Shown: one piece after another, positions 51,606 to 64,000 of the stretch | Layout of the letters: every line of letters starts with the position of its first letter | Numbering within the stretch: the stretch's first letter is position 1 | NCBI GenBank assembly: GCA_965235115.1 | Contig: OZ249436.1 | Span: forward strand, 32,180,001 to 32,244,000 | Length of the DNA stretch: 64,000 nt | Direction of reading: 5' to 3' | Origin: Laetmonice hystrix | Taxonomy: Eukaryota | The notes under the pieces: generated by a model | What the model was told of the DNA's origin: nothing | The model's database searches: none | What the model saw: the letters and a program-made list of their open reading frames with translations, nothing else | Made by a program: the position numbers and the translations under genes

Positions 51606-53220
51606 CCTCTTGCATATTCTTTTGCATTAAAAGAGCCTGATTCACTGGCCTGGCTGGCCGGCCGATTTAGGCATTTCAACGATTTGCCGTAAAATCAAAT
51701 ATCAGGATGTATGATCTTATGTTTTCGGTAAGACCCTTTATATAACAACAAAGCACTTTACAACCAATATTTGTTAACGCCTATGATGAGGCTTAGCGAC
51801 TTTCTGTTACACTAGTGTTAACAACGTTCGATAAACAAGCCTATAGTGAATGGTTTAAATGACCTGTCCTATGTAACTGTCTGATTTTAGCGACTGTTGC
51901 ATCATCGACCCTCGGCGACGACTATTGGCGACCTTTTCTTTTAATCTTTATGCAGCGTTTTTAATTTAGCGACAATTGTATCCAGTCATATGCAACACTT
52001 TCAACAACGAGTTATTGCCTATTTAAGATTTTATGAATATTCAACGGGGCCGGTAAACGTGGATTTACGTTTGCAATATCTGTGACGGGGGGAAATCACA
52101 TTTCATTTCAGACGCAGCGTTCCAGAACTCATTCTGGGACGTCGCGAGGTGTGCGTCTCGGTTAATTACAAAAGTAAGGTGTATCAGTGGACCAGTTAAT
52201 GAATGTGCTTTGTATCTGGTGTGGCAGTCATTAACGACAGCCAGCCACAGTAACGAGATGTCCTATCCGGTCATCTAATGAAGGCAATAAAAAATAACCA
52301 TCGGTTCTCTCAAGCCTACCTCTGCCAGACAGAGTTATAGGAAAAGCGGAGGGCCCCTCTGGCCTCTTCCGCCCTGAACTCTTGGCTGTCATCGTAGAAA
52401 GACCTCGGCACGATAGTTGGGATCCGTGGTGTATCATACTTCAAAGGGGCCAGGAAACGGATATAACATTGAAGGTGACAACCTGCATGGACAGGCTAGG
52501 GAGACGCCTCTGATAATACGGCACTGAGGCGTTTTTTATCCTTACTTTCCTGCATGGTGAGCTGGAGGTTATATAGGTCCAACTCATTTTAAACGTAATT
52601 CTCGACGGTATACGGATGCAATTAGATCATTATCAATAATGATATTATTTATATATAAAAATATATCTGATTTTGACAGCCTATTTATAAGCAGTCTGTT
52701 ACGTTCTATGCACACCAAACTGTATAAGAACGGGCATTCATATTAATAATAAATAATATTGTTACTCACAGCAATATTCTCTTATTTCCCAACAAAAGGT
52801 CACATAATCATGTCCCTAACTGTGACAACGATGAACAGAGACACGTCAATAATTATACACTTAGACCTCATACCAATAATATATTTCTATGAAATAGAGA
52901 GGTGATAATAATCATTTTGAAACTGCTGGTAAAGATATCGATATCGGGGTGAACAGTGTAGTCCGATTACCATAATATGGGAGAGTAAAGTAATGTTACC
53001 TACAATGTTATCTTATACCTTTTGATCCCTTCATAAAAGGTCATTGCTTGCGTATAATGTTGATGCTTTAATAATGAAATCGAAAGTCGAGACCACATGC
53101 CATGAAGTTCCAATGCCCGATTCTGTAGGACAAAAGACGTATTGCTGAATATAATATTCCGCCTGCGATACACTGTGGAAAATGAAAGACGCCTACGTGG
53201 TGGCTGTGTGGGGGAGGAGG

Positions 53221-53396
53221 CGGTGGTGGTGGTGGGGGTGGAGGTGGGGGTGGTGGGGGTGGTGGTGGTGGGGGTGGTGGTGGGGGTGGTGGTGGTGGGG
53301 GTGGTGGTGGGGGTGGTGGTGGTGGGGGTGGTGGCGGCGGCGGTGGTGGCGGCGGTGGTGGTGGTAGGGGGGGTGGTGGTGGGGGGGGGGGGGGGA
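53221..53396. repeat. (GGT/GGG/GGC)n triplet tract
   Basis: direct reading. Confidence 0.93.
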
Positions 53397-54048
53397 CTGA
53401 AATCACCAGATGGTGGAGGTCCACGAGCATTCGGAGCCATTCCGATGACTCTGCCTGTGCACCCGTTATATCACCTCAGTGGGACTGGGTGGTCTTCAAC
53501 CACCAGACACCCTCGCCCACCGCAGACCAGTTTACAAAAGAGAAACTCGATTTCCTAGCCCTTGAAATTAGAAATGCTTCAGATACTTTGTTTTATTAGG
53601 GATTAAGTTTTCTTCCTTTTCAGTGCCATGTATTATTATTGATCATAATTTAGCGTCCACGACGAGATGAGATCATCGTACAATCCGTTAATCAAGGTAA
53701 TTATTGCAATTACATATAAACTGTCTGCCCTCAACCTGAATCACTGTTCGAGGAGACCATCATTAAGACATATAAGGGAAACGTTATGGATTCATAATTG
53801 TCATCATTAGATAAAATGTCTTGTAAATATTGATTTCTTATGCTACAAGCAATTGTATTTTGAAAGATTTCCACATGCAGAATCAACGCATCTCTACATG
53901 AAGATCGAAAAAGTTTAAAACTGAACTCTTCCAGTGAGTACTGATCTAATGTGTCACCTATCGTCAAATCGGTGCGAAAATGTTGTATAGGAAATAGGTA
54001 GTCAATATTTTATAGGTACTAGTGATTAGGCCCCTATGTACCCAACCT

Positions 54049-54406
54049 GACTGTATTTTTCTTTTGAAATGCACGGGCATCAGGGGTAACCCAATTACTT
54101 TGACAATGTCCCTAAAGAGAAAAGTTGTATAGTCCTCTCCAGGAATCGAACCCCGACCCCAAGATTACTGCACCCATTCGCATAGCATAAGGTGTCGACA
54201 TCCATGCCCACTAGGCCACCGCCACTCCCCTAAAAAAGGAGCTTTGGTGGTCGAGCAGGACAATGGACCCTCCCCCTACACACATCGTCCGAAATGAGAC
54301 GGAATCCATATTTTCCTAGATAGAGCTACACATGATTTCTACCGAACATTGACTGTTAAGGTAATCCTGGCACTGGCGTAGACTGTATTTTTCTTTTGAA
54401 ATGCAC
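54049..54406 (-). mobile_element. permuted tRNA-derived Pol III retroelement (332-bp unit plus 26-bp terminal redundancy)
   Basis: minus-strand A box TGGCCTAGTGG (54208-54218) and B box GGTTCGATTCC (54142-54152); T6 immediately upstream of the head; identical 26-bp direct repeats 54049-54074 and 54381-54406; 21-bp flanking duplication. Confidence 0.6.
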
Positions 54407-54436
54407 CTATATACCCCACCTGACTGGAGTGATTAG

Positions 54437-55638
54437 TTAGGGGTTCGATCCTGGCCGTTGGTGTCGCTCGAGGGTCTGGTGTCAGGTAACCCTTCTCGAG
54501 GGGCGAAGCCCCTCGGGAAGGGTTGCCTGACGCCAGACCCGAGGGCGACACCAACGACCAGGGTCTAATGCCTTTATAAACCAAATTTTATACTGAATAA
54601 AACACTTGACACTATATTTACTCGTACTTTTTCGCGTTTCTCGACGTGCACACCGCCCTTTGGCTTCGGGTCGTCCATTAAAATCCCAGTAAGGCTCAGT
54701 TCTAACGAGCCCTGAAGCATGTTCAGGCTTTGGTAAACGTCGGCAGACATCATAGACAGGTCACGTGATTGATAACCCTCCCTCCATGGAGGTAGGTATA
54801 TGGCAAGATAACCCCCTCCGGTGACGTCACAGCAGAGCGTCACATTATGCTTGTTCAGGGCCCAACGTTGTGTAGTCTATCGACTGCGTATGGATAACGA
54901 AGTGCGACGGATATACCACGGCTAAGCGGTTTATAAAAAACCTTTATAAACCGCTTAGCCGTGGTATATCCGTCGCAGTCGATGGACTACACAACGTTGG
55001 GCCCTTAACGAGCATACTGTGACACTCTGTGACGTCACCAGAGGGGATTATTTTGCCATATACCTCCCTATGGAGGGTTATCAATCGAACATGTGACCTG
55101 TCTATGACGTCTGCATAAATTAAAAGTTCACCAACTCCAGCTCCGCCGACGTTTACCAAAGCCTGAACATGCTTCTGGCTCTAACTGTCGAGTATAGATA
55201 AGGAGCTACGGCCTGGAACTGAAGATTGGCTGTATCTTGCCAACATTACGTTAGATTGTGTTTGTTTACATGTCGAAGCGAGCCTTGTCATCGCACCTGC
55301 GAGCTACTGTCAGCTCACAAGGTGGGTGGGGCATAAAGACGTCTCCACCAATAAGATTAGAGGTTTGAAAATTTGCATATGGGTCGAAAGCATTATGGGA
55401 TGTCGAAGGATGACACCACGGAATGGCCACGGGAAGGCGGAACAGGCATGCACAAACAAACGCCAAAAAATGCGAGTAAATGTAGTGTCAAGTGCTTTAT
55501 TTAATATAAAATTTGGTTTATAAAGTCATCAGACCTTGGCCTTTGGTGGTCACCCTCGGGTCTGGCTTCGCCCCTCGGGAAGGGTTTTCTGACACCAGAC
55601 CCTCGGGTGACCACCAAAGGCCAGGATCTAACCCCTAA
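54437..55638. mobile_element. 1.2-kb foldback element (resembles non-autonomous Crypton-type palindromic repeats)
   Basis: ttaggggttcgatcctggcc / ggccaggatctaacccctaa ends; arms are inverted copies around the centre cggtttataaa-aaacc-tttataaaccg (~54940); right arm carries extra sequence at ~55180-55420. Confidence 0.7.
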
Positions 55639-57651
55639 ATATATTATTGTAGGACCTAGATTGGTCAAATGGGGCCGAGACTGGTGTGGAGGGATTGTTT
55701 AGGGGGTTCAAAAGTGTTGCTATGTATGTTGCTTGAGGGTGGGGTGGGGTGGGGGTGGGGTTGGTTGGGGGGGGGGGGGGTTCCCGAGAAGAGATTGCCT
55801 CCAGATGGTATAGGTTTCTTTCTTATGACCTTCATCATCATCATCATCATCATCACTGCCTGCCTTGGCCTAGGGATCACAATAGATGTCATCCAGATTG
55901 TACAATTCATAAATTTTGTATGAATTCCTCTCCCTGAATATGACCTTGATCTACTGATATCACATAAAACAATGATTTCACTCAGTGAGGCCTGTTCTAG
56001 AGAGTGAACGCCCTCTAACAGTGTCTGGCAAGGTTTGGCCTTGCGGCATAATGTTTTATATGCATGGGTACATAATGTTTTATATGCATGGGTTAACTTG
56101 AACCCATCTATTGCATATTGATCTGACCACTCCGGTGCGTACGCTCCATCTCCTCCTCCCCTTTTCTCAAATCTTTTCATTTTTGAATTATGCACTCGGC
56201 TAGAGAAAGGAAACATCATTTATTCTATAGGTAGATTGCCTTCGGGCAGGTTTTGGATGTACTAGGTTCATCGGCTTACAACAGTCGACACGGCTGGGTC
56301 GATATACTGTCGTCGGTTCGTGGCAGTAGGAATCCTGTACTTGATAAATCTAAGTCTGTAGTGTTGAAATCCTTGACTACCATAACCTTAGCAACCGCAT
56401 CTCCCGTTTCCCATAAGACATCGTTTTAATGAAGTCATTGCTGCGACATAGTGAAGGAGAAAATACATTCCTCGGTACAGAGAATACTTGAGACAAATTC
56501 CATATTGTGTCTCGGGCGACTTAGAACCAAACATTCATTTAATGCTAACTTCGGACATTGCCAACGTACCCCCCCCCCCCTCCCCCTCCGTGCTTGGTGA
56601 AATCCGCTGCATCAAGGTTGTTTCAATCACGAAGTGGCAGTCAATAACTCGCTCAGATTCAGTTACAGCCGAGGACATTGCTTTCATCTTTCGCTGGAAG
56701 TCGTGCTGATCTCACGCGATCTCTTGGCCCCAGGGTCGGGCAGAAAGTCTTTATGTTAGCGTAGAAAGTGATGCTGGACGAATTGTGCTGGGTCCTGCTA
56801 CTATACTCACCGCATGCGATGTCCGGACTTCTGAGGAGAGGCCCGGACTAATGTCAGAAATACTATCCATGTGCCGGTCTAATCTTAACCCTAAGGGTCG
56901 ATACCATTGGTTTTAATGCCATTGCTGTGATATAATTGCTTATGCTTGTCTTCCTTGTCTTCCATTCTGCCAAAGGTATATAGGAGTTGTCGTTCCGAAC
57001 TGACTATACACGCGATGTGTTCACAAAAGGTCAATGGCATTCTTTTTCTAACAAAGAATGCAAAAATGTATTTAGAAAACAGAATGTTTCGCCTGTAATG
57101 ATGCGGGAGGGCACGGCCGTCTGCTATCATGCAACAGCTGCCACCTTTCCATACTTTCGTTGTTTGCTTTAAGTATGGACTCTTAATAAATCAGGCGTTT
57201 CGGTTCCCCTCCACCCTGTACAATGGCAGAATGATGGATGGAGGGATATCGGCGTCTACAACATGCAACCTCTGTCACACCTGTCTTGGGGACGAAGACG
57301 GCTGAGGCTTCCCTCCGGCCCAATGTAGGCTACACTCGTTTTACAAACATGAAGCTAGAGTCTAAATTTGGCATATAGCGATTAGGTTGGCTCACAAATC
57401 AGATGGTATTCATTGGTCTAGCCTTTCTCGATGATGGACGTTCTTATTTGCTGCTGGTTTATTTTTCTATTAATAATCACGAATGACGTTCCCAAGCCTC
57501 ATTCGATAAGAACACTATCATCACTTTTCTTTAGCATGGTAAAAGTGTTATCCTTTATGGCCGTGACGTCATGCAAATATAAGAATCGATATAAATCACT
57601 CATGAGGTCTTGTATAAAATATATATCTTTGGCGACCAGGACTCGGGAGTG

Positions 57652-57960
57652 TGACTGTTCCTCATCCTGGCTGTTTATAAGATGACTGTTCCTCAACCTG
57701 GCTGTTTATAAGTTGACTGTTCCTCAACCTGGCTGTTTATAAGATGACTGTTCCTCAACCTGGCTGTTTATAAGTTGACTGTTCCTCAACCTGGCTGTTT
57801 ATAAGATGACTGTTCCTCAACCTGGCTGTTTATAAGATGACTGTTCCTCATCCTGGATGTTTATAAGTTAACTGTTCCTCAACCTGGCTGTTTATAAGAT
57901 GACTGTTCCTCAACCTGGCTGTTTATAAGATGAATAGTCCTCATCCTGCCAGTTTATAAG
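57652..57960. repeat. 31-bp minisatellite, ~10 copies
   Basis: gactgttcctcaacctggctgtttataag(a/t)t. Confidence 0.96.
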
Positions 57961-59811
57961 AGGCGATGAATGGGGTCAAGGCTGATTGAGGGAAATGGTT
58001 CAATGTCGGTCTGCAGATGATCTGCGTGACACATTTGTCCAGTAGGCTACCAATTCCCTCGTTTGCCTTCCAATACTCAAAAACTTCATCATCATGGTCG
58101 CCCTCCTCCGACTCGGGAGTGCAATAGGTCCCATGACTGAACAAGCTTTAAACGTTTGAGTTTTATCCCAAATATGACTGAAATACTGCCGACAGACCGC
58201 AAACTCTCAATTCCCGAATTCACTTATAAATCATCATGTTTCCGGAGTAGAAAGTAACACCACTTGGTCTATTTACAGACTTTGTGGCGGTAAGTTTACC
58301 AGCCAGCTGCGACAATTGCCAGACACTTATTGCGAATTGCTTATTGCGCATTCCCATAGGTTGTACCCGGTGAACTTGTCATGTTGTGCACGGCACATGT
58401 GCCCTACTGACAGGGAACATAGAGAATAAACATGCTCATTCTTTTTCCGACGCCACAAGAGGGTAGAAGTCATTTTGACATTGACGCTATAAGTGAAGCC
58501 GATTTGATAGAGGAAGTGAGACATCATGAGCTACTGTGGGACCCTAAACATTATGATTTAATTAATTTATATAAATAATTTGTACATTGTGTATTTAATT
58601 AATTGATTAAATTATAATTAATAAATAAATTATATACATAATTTTTAGATAAATAATTTTTGCATTAAAAGTTGTATTCTTCATTTCCATTTTCATCCAC
58701 GTTTCTTAAACTAATCACGGGATGAATCACGGAAGTATCATAAATGCCTACCTTTTCTTCCTGCGCTTGCGACCGTACCAGGTAACATCCGCAAATGAAA
58801 TGAACATTTAATCAGTGCACACGCCACAAGGAAAATGCAATGGAGACAGAGGGCACAAGGCCAGGTCACAAGTTCACAAGGGAACAGCCTATATGGATAC
58901 GGGGCCTAATGATCCCGACATGATTACCAACGATCGGCTATTTCATATCACAATTTGGCATGGAAATGTAATCTTACTACTTTTTTAAAAATCTGCAGAG
59001 CATCGTTGATACATCACTGACTGAAAGCATCGTTATTTTCTCGAAGAACGAGGACCCGCCCCTAAGAAAGTCATTTGGTAACGTTCACATGTTTCGATGT
59101 AATAGCAATATTTTGCTTTGGGACGACAGCATAATGTCTACATGATACAGAGAAAAGGGTCGCCTTCGCAACGCCTGCGGAATGACATTCAGGTAATTGC
59201 GCAGTATTGGCTGTGCCATCCGTACACAAGAGTCGGTCCTTCAGTAGGTTGGGACAATAGGCTCATGTGTTTCATGTTTCTGTCAGCACAGACACGGTAT
59301 ACAGATTGTCATATGGAGACATCTGTGACCTCTTGCGGCTTCTGTTCCAGGCAGTTGTATGGTTTTGGTACATCTCAAGGTGACAGTGATGTTAACAGTC
59401 GTTAAGTAGGGTATTCGGCCAATGCTGTAAAATGTCATCGTGTAATTAGCTCTAAAGTAACACTTTATTATTTATTTAATAGCGTGCTAACTGTAATGTT
59501 GTAACATGCTTACTAACGTGGAACAAAATCGTTGCGCAATAAATTACTATACTTTAGTTTAAGCACGCAACATTATAAGTGTGACTTTCGCAATAACTCT
59601 GCTGAGATAGATTTTTGTTTCTTTGTGTTGTCCTTGTCCATCTCGTAAGTTTCCGAAATTAGCTGCAGACGAAGGTTTTTCAAAGAGGAAACGGACGTGA
59701 CGGCAATTATTTAACGGGTGTCGAACATATATTTTTTATGCCAGTTGACTGACATCTCTTCAACTATGGTGGCCAGTTCGGTTTCGATTCCGTTATATAG
59801 GCCTACGTTAA

Positions 59812-60340
59812 AGGGGCATATTATGAGGAAACGTAAAACATCGGCATTTCAAAGAACTTTTGCTGTTTTCATAAAGAGATCCTTCATTAAAATTGCTTGG
59901 TAAAACAAAGACAGACTTATCAGTTTCATTTTGCGTAAGAAATCGAAGTTTAGGAAGCTCCCTTGCCCGCTTCTCTGCCGATTTCGTAAAATATTTTTTG
60001 GGTGGCATTTTGATGCCGGACGATCGAGTGCAACTGCTGAATTGTTTACAACTAAGCAAAGCACGTGACTAAGCACATGCAGAGTGTGCACACGCAGGAT
60101 GTGACGCCGTACGCGATTACACGGGTTGATGGGAGGTTGTCTACCAAATTATGGCGGGAGATGTGCTATCGGGAGAAATCTATAGGTTTGGTCGTATAGA
60201 ACCTACTTGTGCTGCATACGCAGCGAAAACACGTCGGAGGACAAAATGCTGTGGTAGGATTATTTACTTGGATCCCTAGTACACGGTCATGTTGGATAAT
60301 TGCCGGAAATCCTCCAAAACGTGTTCCATAGCATGCCCCT
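59812..60340. mobile_element. Kolobok-like MITE
   Basis: TTAA on both sides (59808-59811, 60341-60344); TIR aggggcatattatg / catagcatgcccct; RR...YY termini. Confidence 0.75.
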
Positions 60341-60688
60341 TTAAAAACATAAATTGCATAATTTGTGCATAGTTTATATCAAATAGAAATAGGGCCTAAG
60401 ACAACTCAGAACCCAAATTATATCTACTGATGTATTGTCCCAGAACATCAAAATGAATTTTGAAAATACAGGTGCCTCCCGGGGGCTTAGAGAGGTTAAT
60501 TACAATGTACTTCTAAGAAACAAAGCTAGTAGGAATTAAACTGTTCAAGGTAACTGCTATTGTTACATTTTATCAATCGAGCCCTAGATCTATTTGCTCA
60601 AGTTATGATTCTCTTAGGTGGCCCTCGCTTGCTAGTGGAAGGGAAGCCACTTTGGCCCGTGGATACATCAATTGCTATGAACTTAGTG

Positions 60689-61068
60689 AATCCAGGACAA
60701 TTAGACACCGGACAATTAGACACCGGCCAGTTAGACACCGGACAATTAGACACTGGACAATTAGACACCCTAGAAAGTGGCAAAGTAGGACAACTAGACA
60801 CCTGCATATAATGTGACATAATATCGATCGAAATATTGAAACAGTCAAGATCACAGATAATTGAAGTATATGTGTGAGTAGGTATGTATGAGTATGTTAG
60901 CCCTAACCCAAACCCTAACCCTAACCCTAACCCAACCCTAACCCTAACCAGATACTGGTTTATCTTATTCCTTTACTTTTAGCAATATATTTTATAGAGG
61001 GTGTCTAATTGCCCGGGTGTCCAACTGTCAGGTGTCTAATTGTCCGGTGTCTAATTGTCCAGATACGG
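60689..61068. mobile_element. MITE with 15-bp subterminal repeats and an internal telomere-like tract
   Basis: ggacaattagacacc x5-6 on the left, ggtgtctaattgtcc x3 on the right, (CCCTAA)n at 60901-60948. Confidence 0.7.
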
Positions 61069-62351
61069 AACTCTAACCCTTTTTGAACAATTTGACTGCA
61101 AGCGTCATGGCAGACCTGTTTGGGGGGGGGGGGGGGGGGTCGCGGCCGGGTCACACGTCGTCAAGGCATTCGGCCAACCTCGGGACTGTCCGGGCCAGAT
61201 CCTCTCGGCCCTCGCACGGTCGTCACCATGTTGGATCTTCTTTTATCACGTGACACAACGTGGTCAAAATGGCGACGGCCGACACACCGACAAAGGTGAA
61301 AGACAAGCAGTGTCTGGCTTGTTTAAAAGCAGATCTCCGCTTGATACCTCTGACAAGTGGATTAGACGTCGAAGAAAATCTATTCATGTCTCTATAGATA
61401 CTTTTTTAGATGTTGACATTCCTATTGACATTGTTTGTCGTCAGACAGAGGTCAACGTTCGTCCCACAGACGCGCTGTCTCACTTGGGATTCCCTCGGGA
61501 TTCCGTCGGGCGTATGACGTCATTTCTTATGTTGATACAAGCTAGTAAAGTCGTATACTGCAAAACTGAATGTGTCGCGGCTGCTAAGAACGATCGGAAA
61601 TTATCCATCTTTACCGATGAACAATCCCGCGTTAGGCCGAATACCGACAATCTATGAACTACTTTGCGCACTACGCGAGTGGTGATGTGCCCAAATCTGT
61701 GGAATCACTGTCATATCTCTACGGCTTGCGAGGTCCGAGACCACAACTAGCGAAGCGACCGGAAGTTGGGCCGAGGTGTTCGGAATGGTCGTCAAGCCAG
61801 CCACTGGTCTGGTGTTGCGAAGTGTAGACTATCAAGAAGCAGCAAGAATGGGGGCTACCCGGGAGATGAGGCAATTCCTACAGAAGCCATCTCATTAAAT
61901 CCAACTTACTGTGGCTTCCGAGAATAGATTTCTACCACTGAAACTATTCTCAGAAACATCTTTTCATCTTGTTAAGGATGAGCCGTGAATCAGTCCATAA
62001 TTGAGGGAAACCTATCCACAGCTCTTCCTTTGATCAAAAGATTGAGACCCCATTCACATTCACACAATAATGTTAACTTCTGCAATTTTACTATTTAGAA
62101 TGTAAGGAATCAAATTGGTATAGGTTACATCAAGCTTAAGCAGGATGAAAGAATGGTAATGTAAAATTGATTTTAAAAAATAATAACACGACGTTGCCTT
62201 TCTAGGTTTATGGAAAGAAAGCTGAGAAAGTCCATAGATGACGAGATCCATTTGAGCATACGTGAGAATTTGAGCATCGCCACGGGGGGGGGGGGGGGGG
62301 GTAAAACAATTTCTCTTTTCCTGCGTAAATGTTTTAAGATATATAATTCTA

Positions 62352-62596
62352 CAGTGATCTGGAAAAACCTAGCAAGTCCACTTTGCCTCATTTTGAGAAA
62401 ACTGGGACAAACAAAGCATTCCTCCCATTGAGGTGCATGCAAACGCTAGGGCTTTCCAGGTCAATAACTATGAATTGCGTAGAGTTCTGATCACTTGTAT
62501 AGGACTATATGAAAAGGCAAAACTATAGTTAGTCCAAAAATGAATCTAACTCAAATTGGACAAAAACTCGACTTACTAGGTTTTTCCAAGTCACTG
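62352..62596. mobile_element. Tc1/mariner-like MITE
   Basis: TA|cagtgatctggaaaaacctagcaagtc ... gacttactaggtttttccaagtcactg|TA. Confidence 0.75.
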
Positions 62597-62725
62597 TAGT
62601 CTAACACTATACTTTTCTCACTTCCAATCCTCGCATACTTCTTCGAACAGAAAGACCGTTCAGTTCAGACCGTAATTGATAAGCCTGTCTAAAGAACCGG
62701 TTTCCCATGGTATTGCGATCTTTAA

Positions 62726-63160
62726 AGCAATCAGAGAGTATCTCTCATTTCGATGCCTCCAAAATGCAGACATGGGCTGCTAGGTTAGATAAGGCCTTAG
62801 ACCACATAAATCAATAAATGTTTACCCACAGAAATGGAGAAATCTAGTGAAATTCAACATTCCAGTTGTCACCATGAAGGGAACGACTCATGGTTGGTTG
62901 TTGACCCGGCATTGACTTGAACAGCCAATGAAATTCATCGGTTCATCGCCAAATGAATTTCATTGGCTTCAAGTCAATGCCAAGTCAAAGATTTTGTCAA
63001 CAACCTGCCATAAGACGATCGCTTCATAGCGACAACAGGCAATTGGAATGTTGAATTTCATTAGATTTCTACATTTCTGTGGGAAACACACATTTATTAA
63101 TTTATGTAGACTAAGAGTCATTTATGGAGTCATTTAACTGAGAGAAACTCTCTGATTGCT
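62726..63160. mobile_element. Kolobok-like foldback MITE
   Basis: TTAA|agcaatcagagag ... ctctctgattgct|TTAA; the whole 435 bp is an imperfect palindrome centred near 62945. Confidence 0.8.
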
Positions 63161-64000
63161 TTAATAGTCAACAACGCTTCACCCGCACTATTTTCAATGT
63201 TTAAAACTGTAAATAAAATACCTTACTTCTTATCTTTCGGTCTGCAAATGATGCAGAAAGAACGTAAAACCATTGAGCATCCATAAACTTAGCCCCCTAT
63301 CTTTGAAGACACCGGGCGACAATTGGGGCAGGAAAAGCCTGAAACCATTGAGTAATGATGCACGGGTTTTGCTAAGCCGGCGGTAAAGGGCCATGCCATT
63401 TCTCCTCGATTCTACTGTTTGAGGATCAACAGTAAAAGTCAACTCAGATTTGGTTGTTCCCTCAAGCCGGATACTTGAGAAAAGCTTATCAATAAACCCC
63501 ATCATTTCGTGCACAAAAGACAGAATAAGCCGCCGTCTTATAAGCGTCATCACAGAGCATTCTGACAAGGTTTGGCTCTCTGGGATTTTCCAAAATCGCT
63601 TGTCGTGGCAAAGTTTCAAATCCTCAGGATTGTTGTTGGAGGCTGCGCCGCGCTGGAGACAAGACTTTACTGAATTGTGTTCAATGTCAAGCGAAGTGAC
63701 CTGTGACCTTGACAGCGATTGATGGGACCCTTCCCGTCCGTGTAGGAAAGTATAGCGTTATGATTGATCCATGCGCCATTCGCTGCCAGTCGTTATTAGA
63801 CATCAACTAAAATGTTAATGGCACCAGCCGTAGGCACAGAAAAAAACGCCTTTCATCCTATTTTGTATCCACTGTCCGGAAGACCCGAACCATTTTGAAT
63901 AATAGCATGGGGAAAGTCCCTTTGCAAAAAGTGAAAAAGCAGAAAATATTTAATTAACTTCGTATCTATAAATCTGTGGACATATAAAGGCGAACAGTAT

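Noticed and set aside
53000..53558. Poly-Pro (formin-like) or Thr/Pro mucin-like ORF
   Set aside because: (GGT)n tract open in several frames; flanking peptides are unrecognisable
54135..54231. Functional tRNA gene
   Set aside because: A and B boxes are present, but I could not fold a convincing cloverleaf or anticodon arm; treated as part of a repeat

Overview
Eukaryotic, repeat-rich and apparently gene-poor DNA (intergenic or intronic). The repeat repertoire suggests a non-arthropod invertebrate animal: CR1-group LINEs, Helentron-type elements, Kolobok/Harbinger/Tc1-type MITEs, a (TTAGGG)n tract and a CTCF-like motif. I found no host protein-coding gene, rRNA, canonical tRNA or CRISPR array. 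The only recognisable proteins are two 5'-truncated non-LTR reverse transcriptases (23301-25006 +, 30701-31977 -). The window also holds two convergent copies of one non-autonomous Helentron/HINE-like element (22100-25213 +, 39011-41911 -), a nested TG...CA element with a 6-bp TSD inside a Harbinger-like MITE, a 1.2-kb foldback element, several MITEs and about seven minisatellite arrays. Two signals stand out. (i) A 332-bp circularly permuted Pol III/tRNA-like unit (54049-54406) with terminal redundancy and a ~21-bp TSD looks reverse-transcribed from a circular or end-to-end joined RNA. (ii) TAGGCCTA/TAGGGCCTA is in strong excess, and comparing the two Helentron copies shows one instance as a TA-duplicating micro-insertion (putative transposon excision footprint). 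All calls and counts were made by eye; no database searches were run.
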